DNA of 64,000 bases. Origin: Macrostomum lignano (lineage: Eukaryota). Both the position numbers and the translations under genes were made by a program. Shown in pieces: positions 12,934-24,769 of this stretch. Numbering within the stretch: position 1 is the first letter of the stretch; each line of letters opens with the position of its first letter. Under the pieces are notes generated by a model. That model did no database searches and was not told the origin of the DNA. It saw nothing but the letters and a program-made list of their open reading frames with translations. The DNA is taken from the NCBI GenBank assembly GCA_002269645.1, contig NIVC01000013.1, positions 1,178,001 to 1,242,000 on the forward strand, written 5' to 3'.

Positions 12934-14165
12934 CGTATAGTATTGGCAAAGAAAATTTTGCAGCAGGAATTATTGTGTAAATGAAGCTGAATATTTTTAT
13001 GTCATGCGTGTTAGCTAATACTTAGAAGTCTATATACTTACATTAACTAAATTTGAGTAAATACAGCTCTAAATACTATTGGATGATATAGCGCCTAAAT
13101 GTCAAAATGCAAACTCGATTGAAGGCTAACTATGGCAAATAAGTCATAAAACAATCTGATAAACATATTAGCAGATTTCTTCTACTTTGAGCTCCTATTT
13201 TAAACACATAAATGCAGGTAAAATAGCAACAAGGAACTAAATATTAATTTATATCATAATATAAATCTTCGAATAAAATAATTCTTAAGTGTTTTTGTTT
13301 CAAAGCGCCAAAAATATGATCGAGACTGCGACTTTCTAAACTTTTGGACTATGTTTTGCAATAATTACTACCAATATAATTACTAGAAAGTCACGTACGT
13401 GTTCAATAGTATACCGGCGCAGATCATTAATTAAAATCTTCAAATTTTGAATTCGCGCCTTTAAGAGTTTTCGAAATTTTTGAGTTAACAATAGTTTGTG
13501 ACAGAATAGGATATTGAACAAGTTAAAATATCAACTAGCTCTTTTTTATCTTCAAAATAATTTTTAATAACTTCGCTAGCTAATGAAAGTGATCTATTGC
13601 ATAGCCCCTAGAAAGAAACAATACAATACAAGAAACAAAACAATACAAATATCCCCAAATAATAACACCTTAACGAATTTTAATAGCTCGCTCGTACCTC
13701 GTAGTATAGCTAGACAGGAGCCTCATGCGCTGACGCTCATACAGCATGTGTATGTGTTCGAGTGTCCGTAGGACCGTAGGCAATGTGGCAAATTTATGTG
13801 CCTAATAAAAAACCTTTTTGTCTATGTGACATGTTTCAGTGTGTCTTTTTGGAGGTACTACACTAGGCCTATATTGCCATTGGCTTGGAACAATGGATCA
13901 TTTATCAATAGTGAAGTGAATAGGCCTACGCTCTAGAGAATATCCTTGCTTTGTTGTAAGCCTAGATAGGCCTACTAGTCTAGGGCTAGGTTATTTATTA
14001 TAGGCTTGGCCTAGCTGGCTAGCTTGTGGTTTGGCAACAAGATCCATCTACTTTTAAATGTATAACATAGACACACAGTATATTTAATTATTATATGAAT
14101 AAATTCTTAGCTATAATTATATTATATATTACATTAATATAGTTGTATTGTATGCTAGTAACAGC

Positions 14166-14458
14166 AATGGCTAGAGTTCTGGCACTAGAACCCATTTTCT
14201 GCTAGAACCTATCTAGCAGTGGTATTCCAATAATAATGCAATTTATGGGTATATTATATTATAGCAGAAACATTTTAATTTTTTAACAAGTAGGCCTTAA
14301 TCTTAATATTGATACTTGATATTAAGATTTTATTTCTAATGTTCAAAGACTTTATTATTAATATTAGATAGGCTAACTGCTTGCAGAAGACTGTCAGATC
14401 TATCCATAGCCATTAGAAAACAAGTTCTGCCTATTCTAGTGCTAGAACTCTAGCCATT
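14166..14458. mobile_element. MITE-like inverted-repeat element
   Basis: 25-bp inverted repeat with one mismatch: aatggctagagttctggcactagaa (14166-14190) and ttctagtgctagaactctagccatt (14434-14458). No clear TSD. Confidence 0.45.
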
Positions 14459-15466
14459 ACCACTAGTAACCTAAGCTTGCTTAGGCCTATTTAGTGTGAC
14501 TTTTATTCTATATAGGCCACTGGCTACTAGTAAGTGGCCACTACAAAATAGACATAGGCCTAATATTAAAAATTAGGGGTTTTACTTTTTGTAAATATTT
14601 ATCTATCTTATCTTCTAATCTAATATATTATAAATGGTTTATTATTAGGTAGGTATCTATATACCTATGTGATCAATTAGCAGAAACCATTTTTCTTTAA
14701 ACTTGCATTATTCAATTTGAAATTTTTTATGATAATACATCTTAGCTAAAAAAATGTTCAATACTAAAACAATAGATTAAATATAAAAAAACATGTTTTT
14801 GCAAAGATCAATAAGACTTTTCAACTTGAAATGCATTATAAGAATGCTAGAAAAAAACTGACTAATTGAATTTTGATTCTTATAAAGATTTATTATACTA
14901 GGCTTTTTATATATTGTCTAAATGCTAGCTAAATTTTGACTTTGAATTCAATTGCTTCAAAGTGTTGAAAATGCAGTTTGAAAACATAGCATAAGACTTG
15001 ATTTATATTGTGCAACCATATAGCTAATTATAATTGAATTATAGGTGCTACAAATTCATTTATAAATTCAATTAGAGCTAGCCTAGATATGAACAAACTA
15101 GGCTGCTAATACTATGACAAATACCCCTATATTTGCATCAATGTTTTAATTGGTATTTTGTTTGTTTGGTTAGAAATCTTGTTGTTTAAAATTGAAAGTA
15201 TAAAATATATTAGTCTGGTATTAAAAAAATTAAAATAAAGCTTTTGTAGATTATATAGAACATGTACATATAGGGCCTAGCCAGGCTAAGAAAAGCTAGG
15301 CCTAAGACTAGTCTAGACTTTAAACAATTTAAGGGCAGTAAAGGTCTTGGACAGCTTATTTAACTAAACTAATAGATCAGAAGAGGCTATATATAGTATT
15401 GTAGGTGGCTGTGTTATAGCCTATTTATTTTCTATAAAAAGAAAGTAAGGCAGCAATTTTTCAAAG

Positions 15467-15710
15467 CAGAGGTTGGTAAACTTCAGTCTGCAGGCCACAT
15501 ATGGCCTAAAAAGCCTATCTGGTCTTTGGGTCCTTTTGCAACTTCAAACTAGCAACCTGGCCTGCTTAAGGTTTGTCTTTTCCCAGCCCTCTTCTCTAGC
15601 TCGTAATAATCTCCTCTCCTTCCTCTCCCTTCTCTCCTCTCTCCTCTCCTCTCTTTACTCGTATTCACTTTAAAAATAATAAATTTCTAAAGTATTTAAA
15701 CATCCCTTGG
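15467..15710 (-). mobile_element. Degenerate hAT-Charlie-like MITE with CT-rich core
   Basis: Starts cagaggttggtaaacttcagtctgcaggccac, resembling the MER58-type terminus, and has a CT-rich interior like the 60141 and 62209 copies in reverse orientation. Far end poorly defined. Confidence 0.45.
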
Positions 15711-15824
15711 GCCAGCCCCAAGGCACACATATACAGTGGAATGGATATAAATGCTTATTGGTAATATAATATTGTAGCTTGCATTGGTCAAAGCAATCAG
15801 TTTATTATTGGCTCTTAATTTCAG

Positions 15825-18800
15825 GCTGACACTGAAAAGCAGGAGCACAGTCGCAGCAGTGCTGGCAGCAGCGGCGGTGGCCGCAGCGCAGACACCAAAG
15901 ATAGAAAGCAGTCAAAGTCACGAAGGTCAAGGTCAAGGTCATCCTCGGGTTCAAGCTCGTCGGATCGTCGTGGGCGGCATTATCGACACGATCGACGTTC
16001 TAATCGGGATCGTGAGCGTCGAAGGAGGGACAGTCGCGAGCGACGGCCTGCGCGACGGCGAGAGCGAGATCGTTCGCGTTCGTCCTCTGATTCTTCTAGA
16101 GAGCGCCGGTCTGGTGTGAGTATTGGACTCAAGTCTTCGATCCCATTTCATAGATACCATCCCCAATCAGCTCTCCTTTTGCAGCCCGAACTCCTAATAC
16201 CAAAATTTATTTCCAAATATTGGTATATCCTTTGATCCTCAAATGCATTCCTGATCGATCCCTGATCCTCAAAATGTATTAGCGATCCCCAAATCGACCC
16301 CCCTGATCCTCAAAATGTATTTAAGATCCCCAAATCGATTCCTGATCCTCAAAATGCATTCGTGATCCCCAAATCGATCCCGGATCCTCAAAATGCATTC
16401 GTGATCCCCAATCGATCCCTGATCCTCAAAATGCATTCGTGATCTCCAAATCGATCCCTGATCCTCAAAATGCATTCGTAATCCTCAAGGCGGTCTCTTC
16501 TGATCCTCAAAATGCATTCCTGATCCTAAAAGAAGTCCCCGTAATCCCCAATGCACGTAGACTGATCCCAGTTCTATCCCAACTCTCTTCGAGTGTAATT
16601 AGTTCTCACTCGCCATTACCACCAACAGTACACCCGATCAAAGCAAGACTCGACCAGCTCTGCAGCGAAGCCTGTTCAAGCTAAACAGCCTCAGCCTTCA
16701 GCATCTGCCGCAGTCCCAGCCGCCAACCCGGCCGCCGCTCTGGCTGCCGCTAAGCTAGCCGCCGCCGCCGCAGCCGCCCAGATCAATGCTGTCGCCGCTG
16801 TACAAGATGAGAAACGCCGGCAGCTCTGGTCTCGTGCTGGCGAGAATCGCCAACGCACCGCGCCAGTCTGGGCCCAACAAGCCGGAGCCGTTGATGACGG
16901 CTACGGTAGGGAAGAGAAATTCCGGAAACTGATGGGTCTTGGCGGCGGCGCTGCCGGTGCGGCCGGCGCTTCTTCCGGCGGGTCTGATGGAGAAGGTGAA
17001 AATGCATGCCTCACCTGTCTTCTCCTCTGTCTACCTCTCTGTCTCCCCCTCTCCTGTCTTCCTTATTTATCTGCTCCTCTGTCTCCCCTCACCCCCACTC
17101 TGTCCCCCTCACCCCCACTCTGTCCCCCTCACCCCCACTCTGTCTCCCCTCAGCCCCACTCTGTCCCCCTCACCCCCACTCTGTCCCCCCTCACCCCCAC
17201 TCTGTCCCCCCTCACCCCCACTCTGTCCCCCCTCACCCCCACTCTGTCTCCCCTCAGCCCCACTCTGTCTCCCCTCAGCCCCACTCTGTCTCCCCTCACC
17301 CCCACTCTGTCTCCCCTCACCCCACTCTGTCCCCCTCACCCCCACTCTGTCCCCCCTCACCCCCACTCTGTCTCCCCTCAGCCCCACTCTGTCTCCCCTC
17401 ACCCCCACTCTGTCCCCCTCACCCCCACTCTGTCTCCCCTCAGCCCCACTCTGTCTCCCCTCACCCCCACTCTGTCTCCCCTCACCCCACTCTGTCCCCC
17501 CTCACCCCCACTCTGTCCCCCCTCACCCCCACTCTGTCTCCCCTCAGCCCCACTCTGTCTCCCCTCACCACCACTCTGTCCCCCCTCACCCCCACTCTGT
17601 CCCCCCTCACCCCCACTCTGTCTCCCCTCACCCCCACTCTGTCTCCCCTCACCCCCACTCTGTCCCCCTCACCCCCACTCTGTCCCCCCTCACCCCCACT
17701 CTGTCTCCCCTCACCCCCACTCTGTCTCCCCTCACCCTCACTCTGTCTCCCCTCACACCACTCTGTCTCCCCTCACCCCACTCTGTCTCCCCTCACCCTC
17801 ACTCTGTCTCCCCTCACCCCACTCTGTCTCCCCTCACCCCCACTGTCTCCCCTCACCCCCACTCTGTCTCCCCTCACCCCCACTCTGTCTCCCCTCACCC
17901 CCACTCTGTCTCCCCTCACCCTCACTCTGTCTCCCCTCACCCCACTCTGTCCCCCCTCACCCCACTCTGTCTCCCCTCACCCTCACTCTGTCTCCCCTCA
18001 CCCTCACTCTGTCTCCCCTCACCCTCACTCTGTCTCCCCTCACCCTCACTCTGTCTCCCCTCACCCCCACTGTCTCCCCTCACCCCACTGTCTCCCCTCA
18101 CCCCACTCTGTCTCCCCTCACCCACTGTCTCCCCTCACCCTCACTCTGTCCCCCCTCACCCCACTCTGTCTCCCCTCACCCTCACTCTGTCTCCCCTCAC
18201 CCTCACTCTGTCTCCCCTCACCCCACTCTGTCTCCCCTCACCCTCACTCTGTCTCCCCTCACCCCACTCTGTCCCCCCTCACCCCACTCTGTCTCCCCTC
18301 ACCCTCACTCTGTCTCCCCTCACCCTCACTCTGTCTCCCCTCACCCTCACTCTGTCTCCCCTCACCCCCACTGTCTTCCCTCACCCCACTGTCTCCCCTC
18401 ACCCCACTCTGTCTCCCCTCACCCACTGTCTCCCCTCACCCTCACTCTGTCCCCCCTCACCCCACTCTGTCTCCCCTCACCCTCACTCTGTCTCCCCTCA
18501 CCCTCACTCTGTCTCCCCTCACCCTCACTCTGTCTCCCCTCACCCTCACTCTGTCTCCCCTCACCCCACTGTCTCCCCTCACCCCACTGTCTCCCCTCAC
18601 CCCCACTGTCTCCCCTCACCCCACTGTCTCCCCTCACCCCACTCTGTCTCCCCTCACCCCACTCTGTCTCCCCTCACCCTCTGTCTCCCCTCACCCTCAC
18701 TCTGTCTCCCCTCACCCTCACTCTGTCTCCCCTCACCCTCACTCTGTCTCCCCTCACCCTCGCTATCTCTGACTCCACTATCTCATAACCTTCTCTACCT

Positions 18801-19075
18801 TATCCTCTGTCCCACCCTGTTGTGAGATTCAAGCAGTCTTATTATTTCTTAGAAAGCTATCCCATTCCCAATATAGACAATATTGTTTCATAATAAATCC
18901 TACAGACAGAGCTGCTGTCCAACCAGCCAAGGAGTCCAAGGATGGAACTGGCGAATTACCCGAAGTTGCTCGCCGAAGGCAGGACGCCATGTTTCACCGG
19001 CTTGAGGAGGACTATTCTCAGGCTCGGAGTGCTCATCGGGGCGCCGGTTTCGGCTATTCGTCTGGCCCGAGTTAA
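15825..19075 (+). CDS. RSRC2: Arginine/serine-rich coiled-coil protein 2-like (start exon not found)
   Basis: Exons 15825-16115 (RS/RD-rich), 16629-16995 (DEKRRQLWS...EKFRKLMG) and 18906-19075 (QDAMFHRLEEDYSQARS.HRGAGFGY*) join in frame. This matches the RSRC2/SMAP C-terminal pattern. Confidence 0.8.
16225..16545. repeat. Imperfect intronic tandem repeat (gatcctcaaaatgcattc core, about 38-40 bp)
   Basis: Visible repeats within an RSRC2 intron. Confidence 0.85.
17080..18760. repeat. C-rich intronic minisatellite, 18-22-bp unit (tctgtctcccctcacccccac)
   Basis: Tandem array filling an RSRC2 intron. Source of the 600-aa SPLTPTL ORFs. Confidence 0.97.
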
Positions 19076-19589
19076 TTCAAATTTGTTACATAATGAGATG
19101 CTCAGGTGTCAGAGACAGTGCTCAGGTGTCAATGTGGAATACGATCTGAAATTGCTTAGGAAAAGTATTTTATTCTCCTTAAGTTTGTTGACTGAATTAA
19201 GTAAATTTTTACCGTTTTTCAGTTTTAAAGTCGACTAGTGCTTTGCATTTTGTATATACATTACTAAGTTGCTGTTTAAAACAATCTGTTTAAAAGAAAT
19301 TTAATCCATGTCTGTTGTTTCTCGATCATTAAGTTTATGGTGTTACATTCTATCTTATTCAGCTCATTGCATTAAAATATTTAATTAATTATGACTAAAA
19401 CTAAAACGAAGATTATTGCTAGAGTCACCAACCCCACGTATTAATAAATGGGTGTAACATCGGACTTTGTCTTGTGTATTATTATTTGGAAATTTTGTAC
19501 CTATTATGGACCTAAGACTTATTATCCCTATTGTTCAAATCTGCTAGTCATAGAGGCAGGCTTAAGCTATCTCTCATATCTGCCATTCC

Positions 19590-21070
19590 AGTCCCTGACT
19601 CATCTACCAATCCCATCCTTGACCCATCTGTCATTCCCACCCTTGACCTATCTGCCATTCCCACACGACCCATCTGCCATTCCCATGCTTGACCCATCTG
19701 CCATTCCCATGCTTGACCCATCTGCGATTCCCACACTTGACCCATCTGCCATTCCCATGCTTGACCCATCTGCCATTCCCACCCTTGACCCATTTCCCAT
19801 TCCCACCCTTGACCCATTTCCCATTCCCACCCTTGACCCATCTGCCATTCCCAACCTTGACCCATTTCCCATTCCCACCCTTGACCCATTTCCCATTCCA
19901 ACCCTTGACCTATCTGCCATTCCCATGCTTGACCCATCTGCCATTCCCGTCCTTGACCCATCTGCTAGTCCTATGCTTGACCCATCTGCCATTCCCATGC
20001 TTGACCCATCTGCCATTTTTATGCTTGACCCATCTGCCATTCCCATGCTTGACCCATCTGCCCCTCCCATGCTTGACCCATCTGCCATTTTTATGCTTGA
20101 CCCATCTGCCATTCCCATGCTTGACCCATCTGTCATTCCCTTGCTTGACCCATCTGTCATTCCCATGCTTGACCCATCTGCCATTCCCACACTTGACCCA
20201 TCTGCCATTCCCATGCTTGACCCATCTGCCCCTCCCATGCTTGACCCATCTGCCCCTCCCATGCTTGACCCATCTGCCATTTTTATGCTTGACCCATCTG
20301 CCATTCCCATGCTTGACCCATCTGTCATTCCCATGCTTGACCCATCTGTCATTCCCATGCTTGACCCATCTGCCATTCCCACAATTGACCCATCTGCCAT
20401 TCCCATGCTTGACCCATCTGCCATTTTATGCTTGACCCATCTACCATTCCCATGCTTGACCCATCTGCCCCTCCCATGCTTGACCCATCTGCCATTTTTA
20501 TGCTTGACCCATCTGCCATTCCCATGCTTGACCCATCTGCCATTCCCATGCTTGACCCATCTGCCCCTCCCATGCTTGACCCATCTGCCATTTTTATGCT
20601 TGACCCATCTGCCATTCCCATGCTTGACCCATCTGTCATTCCCTTGCTTGACCCATCTGTCATTCCCATGCTTGACCCATCTGCCATTCCCACAATTGAC
20701 CCATCTGCCATTCCCATGCTTGACCCATCTGCCATTTTATGCTTGACCCATCTGCCATTCCCATGCTTGACCCATCTGCCCCTCCCATGCTTGACCCATC
20801 TGCCATTCCCATGCTTGACCCATCTGTCATTCCCTTGCTTGACCCATCTGCCATTCCCATGCTTGACCCATCTGTCATTCCCTTGCTTGACCCATCTGTC
20901 ATTCCCATGCTTGACCCATCTGCCATTCCCACACTTGACCCATCTGCCATTCCCATGCTTGACCCATCTGCCATTTAATGCTTGACCCATCTGCCATTCC
21001 CATGCTTGACCCATCTGCCCCTCCCATGCTTGACCCATCTGCCATTCCCATGCTTGAACCATCTCCAGTT
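19590..21070. repeat. Minisatellite, 24-bp unit (cttgacccatctgccattcccatg)
   Basis: Tandem array between RSRC2 and RTF2, with occasional 23-bp variants. Confidence 0.97.
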
Positions 21071-21281
21071 TTTTACCTTGACCCATCTACATGTACCACC
21101 CTCACCGACCTATCTGATCTCATACCGCTGACCCAGAACTCACTTCTGACCCATCGATCTTGTTACCTGTTTATAAGATTAACACGTCAAGTGAGTTTAC
21201 GAGTAATATAGCTATTTAATCCTGCCTCCTATACCTACGTGCATTTGCGTCTCATTTGCACCCGTGTGTACTTTCGCAGCC

Positions 21282-23967
21282 ATGGGCGGAGACGGAGGCA
21301 GCATACCGAAACGAATCGAACTGGTGCGCAGTCGCCAGAAACCCGAACAGGTGGCCAAGGAGGCTGAATTGGCCGCCAGATGGAGACACTGCCAGCTGTC
21401 TCAGGAGCTGCTCAACCGGCCAATAGTAGCCTGTCATCTTGGTCGGATGTACAACAAGACTGCCGCTCTGGAGTTCCTGCTCGACAGAGAGAAATACGGC
21501 ACTAGCGGCGCGTTCGAGCATATCCGCTCGTTGCGGGACTTGCGCGAGCTTAAACTGGCTGATAATCCGGAGGGACAGGTAATTCTGCGAGGTTTTTTAA
21601 TGAAAGGATATGAAGATTAATGAGGGGGGTTGTAGCCTAGTGTTTAGAGCGTCGGACTCGCGACTTGAAGGTCGGGGGTTCGATTCCCGATCCCACTGGA
21701 GACAGTTGTAGCCTAGTGTTTAGAGCGTCGGACTCGCGACTTAAGGTCGGGGGTTCGATTCCCGATCCCACTGGAGACAGTTGTAGCCTAGTGTTTAGAG
21801 CGTCGGACTCGCGACTTAAGGTCGGGGGTTCGATTCCCGATCCCACTGGAGACAGTTGTAGCCTAGTGTTTAGAGCGTCGGACTCGCAACTTAAGGTCGG
21901 GGGTTCGATTCCCGATCCCACTGGAGACAGTTGTAGCCTAGTGTTTAGAGCGTCGGACTCGCGACTTAAGGTCGGGGGTTCGATTCCCGATCCCACTGGA
22001 GACAGTTGTAGCCTAGTGTTTAGAGCTTAGGACTCACGACTTAAGGTCGGGGGTTCGATTCCCGATCCCACTGGAGACAGTTGTAGCCTAGTGTTTAGAG
22101 CTTCGGACTCACGACTTGAAGGTCGGGGGTTCGATTCCCGATCCAACTGGAGACAGTTGTAGCCTAGTGTTTAGAGCTTCGGACTCGCGACTTGAAGGTC
22201 GGGGGTTCGATTCCCTATCCCACTGGAACAATGTGTGTCCTTGAGCATGACACTTAACTCTGCATTGCTTCAGTTCACCCAGCTGTAAAATGGGTGCCAG
22301 CATTAGCTGGGGTAATTGAGGGTGTGTGTGGCGTAATATAGGTTGCAAGTCTTCCCATCGGGGCAAGTGTAATCAATTATTATTATTATGAAGATCACCA
22401 AGGCTGTGAGATTTTAAGATTCAGAGCGTTTTGCGGTTTAAATTTCACCCTCAAGAATGTCTAGAATTATGGGCTTTTAAGGGGAAACTGGGAATTATAG
22501 GATTTCAAGGGAATCAGAGAATTATGGGCTTCTAAGGGGAATCCAAGAATTATGGGATTTTAAGGGAAACAGACCATTATGGGCTTTTAAGGGGAATCTG
22601 AGAATTATGGGATTTTATGGGGAATCTGAGAACTATGGGATTTTATGGGGAATCTGAGAACTATCGGATTTTATGGGGAATCTGAGAACTATGGGATTTT
22701 ATGGGGAATCTGAGAATTATGGGGTTTTAAGGGGAATCTGAGAATTATAGGATTTTATGGGGAATCTGAGAACTATGGGATTTTATGGGGAATCTGAGAA
22801 CTATGGGATTTTATGGGGAATCTGAGAACTATGGGATTTTAAGGGGAATCTGAGAATTATGGGGTTTTATGGGGAATCTGAGAATTAAGGGATTTTATGG
22901 GGAATCTGAGAATTATGGGGTTTTATGGGGAATCTGAGAATTATGGGGTTTTATGGGGAATCTGAGAATTATGGGGTTTTTTTGGGGAATCTGAGAATTA
23001 TGGGGTTTTTTTGGGGAATCTGAGAATTATGGGGTTTTATGGGGAATCTGAGAATTATGGGGTTTTATGGGGAATCTGAGAACTATGGGGTTTTATGGGG
23101 AATCTGAGAATTATGGGATTTTATGGGGAATCTGAGAACTATGGGATTTTATGGGGAATCTGAGAATTATGGGATTTTATGGGGAATCTGAGAACTATGG
23201 GATTTTATGGGGAATCTGAGAATTATGGGATTTTATGGGGAATCTGAGAACTATGGGATTTATGGGGAATCTGAGAACTATGGGATTTTATGGGGAATCT
23301 GAGAATTATGGGATTTTAAGGGGAATCTGACATACTTGATTCGCAAGTTTAAAAAAGGAGTAACATTCTAAAATTCGCCTCCCCGCCTCCCAACAACCAG
23401 GAGAAAGCTGCTTCATCATCCGCCGCAGGCGCTGGTGCTGCCGCTGCTTCGGCCGCCAGCCCGTTCGCCTGCCCCCTGTCCGGCGTGGAGATGAACGGCC
23501 GGTTCCGTTTCGTGTTCCCCTGGTCCTGCGGCTGCGCGCTGGCCGAGAAAGCCGTTGACCAGCTGCTGAAGTCCGCACCAAATAGGCAGTCGCTGGCCTG
23601 CCCGTCCTGTCAGCAGCCTGACGCCATGTCAGATTTGATTGTTCTCAATCCTGCCACGGACGCTGAAGTTGCCGCCGCTAGCGAGGCTATGGTTGCTAGG
23701 AAACGCAAACTCAGGCAGGAATCAAAAAGTAATAAATCGTCCAAGTCTGCCGCTGCTGCTCCCGCTGCTGCAAAGCGAAAGCAGCAACCAGCAGAATCTG
23801 CTTCTGCTTCATCAACCGGTTCAAAGATTGCTCGTCCAAGTGGCAGCAGCATTCAAAACAACCCGAAGGCTTCGGCGGCACTGAAGTCCCTGTTAACCAG
23901 TTCGAAGGAGGCCAAGGCGCAGGATAAGGCGCACTGGGTCACCTTTAATCCTGGCTATTTTCGTTGA
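21282..23967 (+). CDS. RTF2: Replication termination factor 2 (Rtf2 RING-like family)
   Basis: Exons 21282-21578 and 23401-23967, phase 0. MGGDGGSIPKRIELV, LGRMYNK, CPLSGVEMNGRFRF, CGC, CPSC and the C-terminal AHWVTFNP are diagnostic. Confidence 0.93.
21625..22387 (+). mobile_element. tRNA-derived CORE-type SINE with 8 tandem 75/76-bp heads, in the RTF2 intron
   Basis: Each unit has an A-box-like tagcctagtg and a B box ggttcgattcc. The last unit continues into gtgtccttgagcatgacacttaactc...cagctgtaaaatggg (MIR/CORE-like) and an (ATT)n tail. tatgaagat occurs near both ends (21609 and 22387). Confidence 0.85.
22480..23330. repeat. Intronic minisatellite, 28-bp unit (ggggaatctgagaattatgggattttat)
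   Basis: Tandem array in the RTF2 intron. Confidence 0.96.
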
Positions 23968-24769
23968 ATCAACTGGAAACTGAATTCTGCTTTTAATAAT
24001 AACAAAAAAACGCTAACTATCCTACTGATTAATTGGTGTAAGTAGAATCTACCAAATTTTACTAATATTATTCTCAAAAAAAGTAAAAAATACTTTTGTA
24101 AATAAAATCCCGCTTTAAGTTACGCTTCGTTGTGACTATTGTGTTGTAAAATAAATAACTCGAAGCTATGAAATAAACCATACTTTGCGGCGTTAAATAA
24201 AAATTAAAAATTGGTAATTAACCATTAAAAGCTAATAGAAGAAGTGTTATACTTTCTAGAATTCTTAGAAAGATAAGGATTTCCTATTTTTCTTCTGGTG
24301 GAAACAAAAAACACTTATCTCTCTCTCCTTCTGGCTCTTCCGCAAGGTCAAAGAAACATTTTTCTCCATCATATTCTCTCCAACCTTCTACTGCACCCAC
24401 AAGCGGCGGCCCTGGATACTAACTCACCACTGTTCAACTTCTTGGATTCTTGCTTGCAGTCAGTCGATTGCACTAATTCTGCTAGCCCACTTGATAGGCA
24501 GCGAGTCTGCCACTGCCCTGCGTTTCCTTCTTCTGTGTTCTTCTGTTCCTTTTTTACCCTTCTGTTTCTGGATTATATTCTTTTTTCCTACCACCGCGGT
24601 AGGAAGCACCACTTATCTATGCATATCTATCCATATTTACGTATTTACTTGTGTTATTTTTATGTCTATAATACAATAAAGTACATTGTAGGAATTTCAT
24701 TTTTTCAACGGTACACAAATTTGAAACTGCAGACTTTCTAAACGACTGTTTTCTAGGGAAAGATCAAAA

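Noticed and set aside
13700-13862. Short solo LTR (cgtagta...aataaa...tactaca)
   Set aside because: The 5' end is not TG, flanks (tacct / ctagg) give no TSD, and the length is only 163 bp.
16932-18825. About 600-aa Pro/Ser/Leu ORFs in all three plus frames
   Set aside because: They lie in an RSRC2 intron bounded by in-frame splice sites and are stop-free only because of C-rich composition.
19448-21211. LDPSAIPM / MADGSSMG repeat proteins
   Set aside because: The 24-bp array has 23-bp frameshifting variants and no supporting gene structure.
21625-22230. Cluster of true tRNA genes
   Set aside because: The T-stem/acceptor junction is a base short, the anticodon stem pairs poorly, internal units lack the 5' acceptor strand, and the array continues into a SINE body and tail.
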